A DNA stretch of 62,651 nt, counting the filler, from Nemertoderma westbladi (Eukaryota > Animalia > Xenacoelomorpha), in assembly GCA_032718475.1 (NCBI GenBank). It is 3 parts of 3 records of this genome, joined end to end, with 100 filler letters (N's around TTAATTAATTAA, not from the genome) between each part and the next. Parts side by side here need not be neighbours in the genome. Positions count along the whole stretch, not along the records: positions 28,280 to 59,430 come from JAUCBJ010005252.1; positions 59,531 to 62,651 come from JAUCBJ010003406.1; 1 more part is not named here. One strand, written 5' to 3'. A program made the translations under genes and the position numbers. How positions within the stretch are numbered: the stretch's first letter is position 1; every line of letters begins with the position of its first letter. Below the pieces are notes generated by a model that saw only the letters and a list, made by a program, of their open reading frames with translations, ran no database searches and was not told the DNA's origin. Shown piece after piece: positions 48,145 to 59,999 of the stretch.

Positions 48145-49115
48145 CTACAGTAAGCCCGGGAAACGTTAACATAAAATTCGAAACAACTAATCAGGAGCTA
48201 GAATTGTTGTTTATTATGATAGAGGGAGATTTGATTTAAATTTTTAAAGCCTCCAATTCGAATGTTTTCTAAGGGGTTTAATGCTTTTTATGAGTAATAA
48301 TTGTAAAAAAATTTAATAAAAATTTTTGAAACCATTTTTGAAACCTATTATTAACTAATATGTGAAACCACCTATATCCCTATTATACATAGTAACTAAT
48401 ATGTGAAACCACCTATATCCCTATTATACATAACTAATATGTGAAACCACCTATATCCCTATTATACATAGTAACTAATATGTGAAACCACCTATATCCC
48501 TATTATACATAGTAACTAATATGTGAAACCACCTATATCCCTATTATACATAGTAACTAATATGTGAAACCACCTATATCCCTATTATACATAGTAACTA
48601 ATATGTGAAACCACCTATATCCCTATTATACATAGTAACTAATATGTGAAACCACCTATATCCCTATTATACATAGTAACTAATATGTGAAACCACCTAT
48701 ATCCCTATTATACATAGTAACTAATATGTGAAACCACCTATATCCCTATTATACATAGTAACTAATATGTGAAACCACCTATATCCCTATTATACATAGT
48801 AACTAATATGTGAAACCACCTATATCCCTATTATACATAGTAACTAATATGTGAAACCACCTATATCCCTATTATACATAGTAACTAATATGTGAAACTA
48901 CCTATATCCCTATTATACATAGTAACTAATATGTGACATAATTGAAATATTTTCAATCAGAATGTGTTTTTCTTATTTCAAATTCGCAAGATTACTAGTT
49001 AGTCAAAACGATGTTGTAAAACGACATTAGAATAAATATATATAACGTTGTTTTGTGCAAACAATGCCACATTTGGCGTATAAGTGGATGGTTTCAAAAT
49101 GGTACCAACAAATTA
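48145..49115 (-). mobile_element. Inverted partial copy of the 46574 MITE with an internal satellite expansion
   Basis: AATGCCACATTTGGCGTATA...TTTCAAAATGG is the reverse complement of 46585-46625; 48195-48330 mirrors ~46790-46945. Confidence 0.7.
48352..48935. repeat. 41-bp minisatellite TAACTAATATGTGAAACCACCTATATCCCTATTATACATAG, ~14 copies
   Basis: Near-perfect tandem array. Confidence 0.97.
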
Positions 49116-50196
49116 ATCTTATTAGTTAGTTAGTTAGTTGGAGAATAATTTTAATTTTTTTTTTTTTTTGGGGGGGGGGGGGGGGGGCGTGATACTCTCG
49201 TAATGTTTAACAGTCCAATATAATTTCGTACGACGCATAATGTTAAGCCCATTCAATGTCTCTTAGAACTGAAAAAGAAAAAATGTCTCTTCAAAAAGAA
49301 TATCTGAAGAAAGTAATTCCAATTCTATTTTGTTGACTATTGGTCCATATCTTGGATATTTTGGTTTAGTATTTCCTCTGTACCTGTCTTAACCCTCTAA
49401 CCGCAGTAAGCTGCAGTGACTAAATAACGATCGACACAATGTTGATAGATTAGTCTTGCCAGTTCTGCTGACATTGATATAATTAGACACCATCGAAGGC
49501 CTTGACTTCCACCCATAAAATTGTCAAAATAAATATTACCCTGCGAACAAACAACTGCATATAGCTGATGTTGTTTAAACCTGTACTGATCCATAACCGA
49601 ACCTACTTCATTACAATGGCAATAAATCTTGAATATATTTATGCTTTTATTATAGTTACGGAAGGTGGGGGGGGGGGGGGGGGGGGGTATCCCATCTCAG
49701 CTATTAATATCTCTTCTCAATGTCAAATTATGTGACACTTGTTATTCTAACCAAAACAATAACCTAAAGTCTATAGAACAGGTTACAGTTTTATTTTTGG
49801 GATTAATCAGCTGTTATTTGGGTCGATTTTCTCCTGGAGAGGGATGCATTTTGATTGCTTAAAGTGCCCCATAGCCATACCTGTTATTATATTATACAGC
49901 TGACTATTTCAACAAGTTGTGCAAACACTTTCCTACCTATAATATTTATTCCTAATAATATATAATAAAAAAAAAATATAGGCCACCAAGCAGTCGCAGC
50001 CTCGAGAGTGGAAGATTATGAGGAAACTAATTGCCTAATCGTGGTTATGGCTTCACATTTTACTTCAGTACTTATTACGTCTAACCTGGTATCTGACGCC
50101 GTAATCTCTGTCTGTTATCCATTTTATTAATTACGGCATCCAATTTAGATTACATAACCGAGAAAATACAAAATGTCTAGACTAAACCATCAATGG

Positions 50197-53100
50197 GTTA
50201 TTCGTGTATCTGTATAACCCATTATTGGAGTTATGAGTGACTAGACGTGTAGCTGACTGCTATATTACTACTGTTATTAGTGGATCTGTATAACCCATTA
50301 TTGGAGTTATGAGTGACTAGACGTGTAGAGCTGACTGCTATATTACTACTGTTATTAGTGGATCTGTATAACCCATTATTGGAGTTATGAGTGACTAGAC
50401 GTGTAGCTGACTGCTCTATTACTAATGTTATTCGTGTATCTGTATAACCCATTATTGTAGTTATGAGTGACTAGACATGTAGCTGACTGCTCTATTACTA
50501 ATGTTATTCGTGTATCTGTATAACCCATTATTGTAGTTATGAGTGACTAGACATGTAGCTGACTGCTCTATTACTACTGTTATTCGTGTATCTGTATAAC
50601 CCATTATTGGAGTTATGAGTGACTAGACGTGTAGCTGACTGCTCTATTACTACTGTTATTCGTGTATCTGTATAACCCATTATTGGAGTTATGAGTGACT
50701 AGACGTGTAGCTGACTGCTCTATTACTACTGTTATTCGTGTATCTGTATAACCCATTATTGGAGTTATGAGTGACTAGACGTGTAGCTGACTGCTCTATT
50801 ACTACTGTTATTCGTGTATCTGTATAACCCATTATTGGAGTTATGAGTGACTAGACGTGTAGCTGACTGCTATATTACTACTGTTATTAGTGGATCTGTA
50901 TAACCCATTATTGGAGTTATGAGTGACTAGACGTGTAGCTGACTGCTCTATTACTAATGTTATTCGTGTATCTGTATAACCCATTATTGTAGTTATGAGT
51001 GACTAGACATGTAGCTGACTGCTCTATTACTACTGTTATTCGTGTATCTGTATAACCCATTATTGGAGTTATGAGTGACTAGACGTGTAGCTGACTGCTC
51101 TATTACTACTGTTATTCGTGTATCTGTATAACCCATTTTTGGAGTTATGAGTGACTAGATGTGTATCTGTATAACCCATTTTTGGAGTTATGAGTGACTA
51201 GACGTGTAGCTGACTGCTCTATTACTAATGTTATTCGTGTATCTGTATAACCCATTTTTGGAGTTATGAGTGACTAGACGTGTAGCTGACTGCTATATTA
51301 CTACTGTTATTAGTGGATCTGTATACCCCATTATTGGAGTTATGAGTGACTAGACGTGTAGCTGACTGCACTATTACTACTGTTATTCGTGTATCTGTAT
51401 AACCCATTATTGGAGTTATGAGTGACTAGACGTGTAGCTGACTGCTCTATTACTAATGTTATTCGTGTATCTGTATAACCCATTATTGGAATTATGAGTG
51501 ACTAGACGTGTATCTGTATAACCCATTATTGGAGTTATGAGTGACTAGACGTGTAGCTGACTGCTCTATTACTACTGTTATTCGTGTATCTGTATAACCC
51601 ATTTTTGGAGTTATGAGTGACTAGATGTGTATCTGTATAACCCATTTTTGGAGTTATGAGTGACTAGACGTGTAGCTGACTGCTCTATTACTAATGTTAT
51701 TCGTGTATCTGTATAACCCATTTTTGGAGTTATGAGTGACTAGACGTGTAGCTGACTGCTATATTACTACTGTTGTTAGTGGATCTGTATAACCCATTAT
51801 TTGAGTTATGAGTTACTAGACGTGTAGCTGACTGCTCTATTACTACTGTTATTCGTGTATCTGTATAACCCATTATTGGAGTTCTGAGTGACTAGACGTG
51901 TAGCTGACTGCTATATTACTACTGTTATGCGTGGGTCTGTATAACCCATTATTGGAGTTATGAGTGACAAGACGTGTAGCTGACTGCACTATTACTACTG
52001 TTATTCGTGGATCTGTACCCATTATTGGAGTTATGAGTGACTAGACGTGTATCTGTATAACCCATTATTGGAGTTATGAGTGACTAGACGTGTAGCTGAC
52101 TGCTCTATTACTACTGTTATTCGTGTATCTGTATAACCCATTTTTGGAGTTATGAGTGACTAGATGTGTATCTGTATAACCCATTATTGGAGTTATGAGT
52201 GACAAGACGTGTAGCTGACTGCACTATTACTACTGTTATTCGTGGATCTGTACCCATTATTGGAGTTATGAGTGACTAGACGTGTAGCTGACTGCTATAT
52301 TACTACTGTTATTAGTGGATCTGTATAACCCATTATTGGAGTTATGAGTGACTAGACGTGTAGCTGACTGCACTATTACTACTGTTATTCGTGGATCTGT
52401 ATAACCCATTATTGGAGTTATGAGTGACTAGACGTGTAGCTGACTGCTATATTACTACTGTTATGCGTGGGTCTGTATAACCCATTATTGGAGTTATGAG
52501 TGACTAGACGTGTAGCTGACTGCTCTATTACTACTGTTATTCGTGTATCTGTATAACCCATTTTTGGAGTTATGAGTGACTAGATGTGTATCTGTATAAC
52601 CCATTATTGGAGTTATGAGTGACAAGACGTGTAGCTGACTGCACTATTACTACTGTTATTCGTGGATCTGTACCCATTATTGGAGTTATGAGTGACTAGA
52701 CGTGTAGCTGACTGCTCTATTACTAATGTTATTCGTGTATCTGTATAACCCATTATTGGAGTTATGAGTGACTAGACGTGTAGCTGACTGCACTATTACT
52801 ACTGTTATTCGTGGATCTGTATAACCCATTATTGGAGTTATGAGTGACTAGACGTGTAGCTGACTGCTATATTACTACTGTTATGCGTGGGTCTGTATAA
52901 CCCATTATTGGAGTTATGAGTGACTAGACGTGTAGCTGACTGCTCTATTACTACTGTTATTCGTGTATCTGTATAACCCATTATTGGAGTTATGAGTGAC
53001 TAGACGTGTAGCTGACTGCTCTATTACTAATGTTATTCGTGTATCTGTATAACCCATTATTGGAGTTATGAGTGACTAGACGTGTAGCTGACTGCACTAT

Positions 53101-54320
53101 TACTACTGTTATTCGTGGATCTGTATAACCCATTATTGGAATTATGAGTGACTAGACGTGTAGCTGACTGCTATATTACTACTGTTATGCGTGGGTCTGT
53201 ATAACCCATTATTGGAGTTATGAGTGACTAGAGGTGTATCTGTATAACCCATTATTGGAGTTATGAGTGACTAGACGTGTAGCTGACTGCTCTATTACTA
53301 CTGTTATTCGTGTATCTGTATAACCCATTATTGGAGTTATGAGTGACTAGACGTGTAGCTGACTGCTCTATTACTAATGTTATTCGTGGATCTGTATAAC
53401 CCATTATTGGAGTTATGAGTGACTAGACGTGTAGCTGACTGCTATATTACTACTGTTATGCGTGGGTCTGTATAACCCATTATTGGAGTTATGAGTGACT
53501 AGACGTGTAGCTGACTGCTCTATTACTACTGTTATTCGTGTATCTGTATAACCCATTTTTGGAGTTATGAGTGACTAGACGTGTAGCTGACTGCTATATT
53601 ACTACTGTTATGCGTGGGTCTGTATAACCCATTATTGGAGTTATGAGTGACTAGACGTGTAGCTGACTGCTCTATTACTACTGTTATTCGTGTATCTGTA
53701 TAACCCATTATTGGAGTTATGAGTGACTAGACGTGTAGCTGACTGCTCTATTACTACTGTTATGCGTGGGTCTGTATAACCCATTATTGGAGTTATGAGT
53801 GACTAGACGTGTAGCTGACTGCACTATTACTACTGTTATTCGTGGATCTGTATAACCCATTATTGGAGTTATGAGTGACTAGACGTGTAGCTGACTGCTA
53901 TATTACTACTGTTATGCGTGGGTCTGTATAACCCATTATTGGAGTTATGAGTGACAAGACGTGTAGCTGACTGCACTATTACTACTGTTATTCGTGGATC
54001 TGTATAACCCATTTTTGGAGTTTTGAGTGACAAGACGTGTATCTGTATAACCCATTATTGGAGTTATGAGTGACTAGACGTGTAGCTGACTGCTCTATTA
54101 CTACTGTTATTAGTGGATCTGTATAACCCATTATTGGAGTTATGAGTGACTAGACGTGTAGCTGACTGCTCTATTACTAATGTTATTCGTGTATCTGTAT
54201 AACCCATTATTGGAGTTATGAGTGACTAGACGTGTAGCTGACTGCACTATTACTACTGTTATTAGTGGATCTGTATACCCCATTATTGGAGTTATGAGTG
54301 ACTAGACGTATAGCTGACTG
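50197..54320. repeat. 76-bp satellite (GTTATTCGTGTATCTGTATAACCCATTATTGGAGTTATGAGTGACTAGACGTGTAGCTGACTGCTCTATTACTACT), >50 copies, with shorter deletion units
   Basis: 4.1-kb tandem array in Cav3 intron 3. Confidence 0.97.
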
Positions 54321-54324
54321 TGAA

Positions 54325-54738
54325 AATGCAATTTTGTTCCAACTCACACCGAACTTTGTTCCTATTTTTGCGAACTTTGTTCGTATTTTAGCGAATTTTG
54401 TTCCTATGAAAATTAATTAGTCTGACTCACTCGCAAAGGAAACGTATAGGAAAATTAATACATCTGTATAGGATAATACAGATGTTATACTGATCTGTTA
54501 TATAACAAGTAATTGTTTGATCTCGAATTTTCACATCCTGTGCATGGTTGGATAAATTGTAGTTCAACTATCCATTAAGTAAGATATATATACTGTATAT
54601 ACTAAATATATCTTAGTAAACCACAAACAGAATGTAAATTACGGAGATCGAAACAAAGTTCGCAATGAATGGAACATATGCTTGAAAATTCCAAAGGAAC
54701 ATAGTTCGCAAAATATCAATAGGAACAAAATTCGCACC
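54325..54738. mobile_element. MITE-like element with GCGAACTTTGTTCC / GGAACA.AGTTCGC inverted sub-repeats
   Basis: Three to four direct copies on the left and inverted copies on the right; ends ~45 bp before the exon 4 acceptor. Confidence 0.55.
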
Positions 54739-54782
54739 ACCTTTGTAATTAGTGAAACATTAACTACTGCTTTGTTTTGTAG

Positions 54783-54880
54783 TGTGATGGAGTACTCATT
54801 AGCTATGGAAGATATCAGCCTGTCTGCAATTCGGACTGTGAGAGTTTTAAGGCCTTTACGAGCAATAAACAGAGTTCCCA
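54783..54880 (+). CDS. CACNA1G: Cav3 coding exon 4 (IS3-IS4 voltage sensor); the gene continues beyond the contig
   Basis: ttttgtag|(G)[32 protein letters not shown](S)|gtgagt; the S4 motif is typical of Cav3 domain I. Confidence 0.95.
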
Positions 54881-55074
54881 GTGAGTACTTGTTTCATTTA
54901 TCTTTATTTATTTATCGCAATTGGTTGACTCAAAACTTTTATAATTTATAATCATACAATCATTACTAGTGGGTAAGTTTTTGTAATTTTTGAGGATGAT
55001 GTTTCATTTGGATATCTTACTATATGTTTATCCTTTTAGGGCCTGGTCACACATGTCACACAGTCAACTTTCAA

Positions 55075-55878
55075 CATGCACTAGTCCTACATGCACTAGT
55101 CCTACATGCACTAGTCCTACATGCACTAGTCCTACATGCACTAGTCCTACATGCACTAGTCCTACATGCACTAGTCCTACATGCACTAGTCCTACATGCA
55201 CTAGTCCTACATGCACTAGTCCTACATGCACTAGTCCTACATGCACTAGTCCTACATGCACTAGTCCTACATGCACTAGTCCTACATGCACTAGTCTTAG
55301 ATGCACTAGTCCTACATGCACTAGTCCTACATGCACTTGTCCTACATGCACTAGTCCTACATTCACTAGTCCTACATGCACTAGTCCTACATTCACTAGT
55401 CCTACATGCACTAGTCTTAGATGCACTAGTCCTACATGCACTAGTCCTACATGCACTAGTCCTACATGCACTAGTCCTACATGAACTAGTCCTACATGCA
55501 CTAGTCTACATGCACTAGTCCTACACGCACTAGTCTTAGATGCACTAGTCCTACATGCACTAGTCCTACATGCACTAGTCCTACATGCACTAGTCCTACA
55601 TGCACTAGTCCTACATGCACTAGTCCTAGATGCACTAGTCTTAGATGCACTAGTCCTACATGCACTAGTCCTACATGCACTAGTCCTACATGCACTAGTC
55701 CTACATGAACTAGTCCTACATGCACTAGTCCTACATGCACTAGTCCTACATGCACTAGTCCTACATACACTAATCTTAGATGCACTAGTCCTACATGCAC
55801 TAGTCCTACATGCACTTGTCCTACATGCACTAGTCCTACATGCACTAGTCCTACATGCACTAGTCCTACATGCACTAG
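55075..55878. repeat. 15-bp minisatellite CATGCACTAGTCCTA, ~53 copies
   Basis: Tandem array; explains the (TCTSP)n, (HALVL)n and (VHVGL)n ORFs. Confidence 0.97.
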
Positions 55879-56276
55879 CTCTATCTTACTTGAAAGTTGA
55901 AATCCGGCATATCTAGCATCGACAACCAATCTGAAGTAACAACTATTTCCCAAATGAATATTGTGCAACCCTTTCATAGCTGGTCTTTAGCAATATAGCA
56001 AAATGATTTATTATAAGTTGAAAGCTCGTGTATGACCCGGGTCTTACAAAAATATACAGTACGCATATTGACACAAATATAATTAAATATAAATTTGGAA
56101 AAGGGACAGGTTACAGACACTATCGTAACCAACATAATAAGTGGGAGTCACAAGCGTAGCTAATATTTAAATTCCGGTATGATGACATTTTGCGGACTAT
56201 AAGTTTCTGCTGTGACTGTGACCTGCGTCCACGTTTATTATTTACTTTAATTTTATTCTGATTTACATTATAAATG

Positions 56277-56406
56277 ACATTGCTGCTAGCGCCAGTACCG
56301 TTACCGTTGTGCTTTAACATTGCTGTTAGCGCCAGTACCGTTACCGTTGTGCTTTAACATTGCTGTTAGCGCCAGTACCGTTACCGTTGTGCTTTAACAT
56401 TGCTGT
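56277..56406. repeat. 40-bp tandem repeat, ~3 copies
   Basis: ACATTGCTGTTAGCGCCAGTACCGTTACCGTTGTGCTTTA. Confidence 0.93.
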
Positions 56407-57849
56407 GCCTCTGTGCTCTGCTCAGGGGTATTTGAGTATTTAATTATTCAAACTTGCGGTATTGTTCACTTGCAATCAGAATTTAAACTAAAGGTCACAG
56501 CAATATCATCATATACTGGGTACACAATGCCTAGCCTACAGGAAGTAATGCAGTTTAAAAAATAATTCGGCATTTTTGTCTGTTTTTATCAAGTTATTTT
56601 GTCAACACTGTCACAGATTCTATTTAAGCTTTACTAAAATAAACACTTTGAAACTATGAATTTTATTTATTATTACGACTGCAGTATTAGCCACGGTACA
56701 GAAAAGTCATGTATTGTGCTAGTGATGTATTCCATACAATGTATTTGAAAATAAAAATTAGCCATTTTTAGGAACATAAATGACCTTTATTTCACCTTCA
56801 TTGACCATTCATTTTCATTCATTTCATTTGACCTTCATTGTAGCAAGAGTGTAGCGAAAAGGCAATGGGAGATAAAACGGCAATTTCTTGGAAAAAGTCA
56901 TTTGCTTCTAACTCTTATTTCCTGAACAACAGCTAATAGCTTTTTCCCTTATGCCAACCGCTTTATTAAAAAATATTAAGAATGTGGTATATGACGCACA
57001 CTATCAGCTCACTATCATCCATCACGTTATTAAGATATATAAATATTTCAAATAATTTTTATGTAAATAATCCTCTATCATAATTATTTCACATCAAAAC
57101 GTCCCGCGATCCATCTTATGGAATTCCGCAGAGGCGCACGGACAGACGTACTGAACATTACATACACTTCAGCATAAATAAAGGCACCTGTATCCCCAAA
57201 GCGACAAATCAAACAATATAATAAATCGAAATAGCAATTAATAATTAATCAATAGAACATCAACTAGTATTCCCTTCTACGGAATATCTGAGTTTTTGAC
57301 GTAGTAACATAACGAACTGGAACTGTACCCTTTCCAATTAGATTATATACACACCTGGTACCATATTATGCTGTATACATTTTCATTGTATTTTACAGAA
57401 AATAATTTTATCTGTGTAATTTTACGAAATCGTGATTGTTTTACACTTATACTATTTAATCGATAAACATTTTAAATGGTAAATAATAATAATTAATACA
57501 AGCAAAGCCCCATAACCCGAATATATCAATCGGTTGGGTGCAATCTTCGCCCGCGCCCGACCTTCGCCCGATTGTAGGAAAGGTGCAGGTTACAGACACG
57601 ATAGGTTACAGAGATGAATTTTTCCAACCAAAACAATAAACGAGGTTGTTAACACTCATTTTGAGGGCGAAGATTGCTCGCGGGCAAAGCTTTATCGCGG
57701 GCAAAGTTTGCTGCGTCCCATCAATCACCTCTTAAATAGGATCCAACAGCTGTTAACCTATAGCATAACCACCACCAGATACATACAGTAAGTAGTTCAT
57801 TCAGCACATAATACAAAACTAGTTGCCAAAACAAAACCAGATACCATAT

Positions 57850-58985
57850 GCCCCCCTAAACTTGGGGTGTCACGCCAGAGTTTTGTCACACCACGAGAAC
57901 GGGTCCTTCGACCTGGTTGCACCACAGACCAGCCATCCTGATCGACTGTAGGGGATCCTTGTCTATTGGCGTGGGAACAACGTGATTATCCGATCCGGCT
58001 GGGATATCGGCTTGTACTACAGGCCGAAGGATTCGCCTATTATGCCACAGTGTTGAGCCATAATCTGTACGGACGAATTCACTTAGGTTTCTACAGTACC
58101 GTGAACAGCTGTTGCCATTGTATCCCATTTATTTGATCGAGGGTTTTGTATCCAATCATGCTCGCCTGGCTGGAGATGGAGAACAGACAAAACATGAGAC
58201 CCACTTGGTCATAGGCAATGTTGTGCGGGTATGGCGTCCTAGTTGGCACTGGGTTGAGCCATCTTTGCGTGGCGTGTTGCGATATTCTAACATTGCAATG
58301 GCGAAATTGATTGTGGTCATGTCACCTTATGGTCTCACCTCCCATCTATCAATCAACATCCCCTTCATACTCTTCACATAGCCTCGCCATAACCATTAGC
58401 CTGGTGGGTGGTGAGGGGACGAAGGGTCATAGTTGATGTTATTGTTTGTACAGAATGTCATAAACTTGTTGGACAAAAATTTCGAACCATTGTCTGTAAG
58501 ATGTCGTGGAAAACTCAATTCCTTAATCCATGACACCAAATGGTTGATTGCATGTGATTTGTTTATCCCTCTTTTCCCTCATGGGTATACTTCGGCCAAC
58601 CAGAGTATTTATGGGTAATGACTCAGTACTGAAGAGAAATCTGCGGATATAGTTTCACTTACATCTGTAGATGAAACACTGATCTTATATCGTGGAAAAA
58701 TGGTTTCAGTCGGTAACTTGCTTTATGGGTTTCACATGCTGGATAACTGAGAACCAAGTTGGCCAAATAATTTGTAAGCCCAGGCCAAAACACGCACTCC
58801 CTTGCGCGCTGAAGAGCTCTTTCCTGTCCCTGGCGTGCAACATGGAGTTCCTGTGGCGCATCCGCTTCGGAACCCCGATGCGACTGCCATATAGTACCAT
58901 ACAGTCAGTCATAAGCCGATATGCCGTTCCGAAACTCCCAGTATGGCCTCAATTCTAAGCCCAACAATGTATTTCTCGTCTGTAA
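57850..58985 (-). mobile_element. Decayed Gypsy LTR-retrotransposon integrase region
   Basis: Minus-strand fragments across frameshifts: MVLYGSRIGVPKRMR, PRHLTDNGSKFLSNKFMTFCTNNNINYDPSSPHHP/ANGYGEA, LEYRNTPRKDG, LWHNRRILRP, then a purine tract TAGGGGGG. Confidence 0.8.
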
Positions 58986-59430
58986 ACTGTAAATGCAGCC
59001 CTGGTTACCAGGTCAACCAATTTAATGTATTCCCTATCCCTACTACTGATTAGATCCTAAATTTATGAATAAATGTATATAAATAATTTGCCCTCAAGTA
59101 TTACCATAACAAATTATTTATATCAATAAAATTAGTGTTAAAAACTGAAATAAGATTTAGAAAGTCAAGCCCTGTAGGTGGGCAGGTCTTCTATTTCTAT
59201 TACACGACTCTCTAGTGCAAAATGACTTTCTAGTTCAAAAAGTGTGGACCTTCTTGTTCAATAGGTTTGGACTTTGTATTTCAACAGGTCTTGATTTTCT
59301 TGTACAAAGGATTTTCTAGTTCAAGAGGCCTGGACTTCTAGTTCAAGAGGTCCAAGAGGTCTGGACTTGTAGTTCAAAAGTTCAACATTCCACACCCCCC
59401 CCCCCCCCCCAAACCCACCACCCACCCAGC

Positions 59431-59530
59431 NNNNNNNNNNNNNNNNNNNNNNNNNNNNNNNNNNNNNNNNNNNNTTAATTAATTAANNNNNNNNNNNNNN
59501 NNNNNNNNNNNNNNNNNNNNNNNNNNNNNN
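59431..59530. other. Assembly gap / artificial linker
   Basis: Same N/TTAATTAATTAA/N block as at 28180. Confidence 0.97.
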
Positions 59531-59760
59531 ACCTATTTACCAAAGCTTCTTCTGTACATTCTTATAGCACTCGTCTGGCCTCCTCTGGACTATTTCACTT
59601 AGCTCCTATGCGGTTCAATGTTCACCATCAATCAATATCGATGCACAAGGCCCCCTTCTCTGGAACCCTTTATCTGAATCTATCTATAACAGTCCTAGTC
59701 TTGAAACTTGGAAACGTCGGTTAAAATACAATTTACTCCCATGTCCGAATTATTAATGTT
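59531..59760 (+). mobile_element. 3' remnant of a CR1/L2-like LINE
   Basis: HSYSTRLASSG... and QGPLLWNPLSESIYNSPSLETWKRRLK. Confidence 0.6.
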
Positions 59761-59999
59761 CCAAAAATTCTAACCCCAGGTTGCACCTCACTATTATTTT
59801 GTTTATCTTTATCCCAGACAACCCTACACCTTTAAATTATTAATTTTTTTTTAAATCACAAACTATTTCAAGTATCTTAAACTTTTCAATCTGAGCCTCA
59901 CCGACCACCCGCAAAACTTACAATATCTTGTCCTACTTCCTCCACTGCAAGAGGAGGTAATGCGGAGGTCCGGCCACTAGAGGCCAGTGGAATTACCGG

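Noticed and set aside
14797-54320. CRISPR-like appearance of the tandem arrays
   Set aside because: No unique spacers between repeats, no cas genes, eukaryotic context.
54990-55977. ORFs (TCTSP)n, (HALVL)n, (VHVGL)n resembling antifreeze or mucin repeats
   Set aside because: Open in several frames on both strands because of the 15-bp repeat; no codon-position bias; lies in a Cav3 intron.
54881-59430. Search for Cav3 exon 5 (expected MRILV.LLLDTLPMLGNV-like)
   Set aside because: Not found by eye; presumably beyond the contig end.
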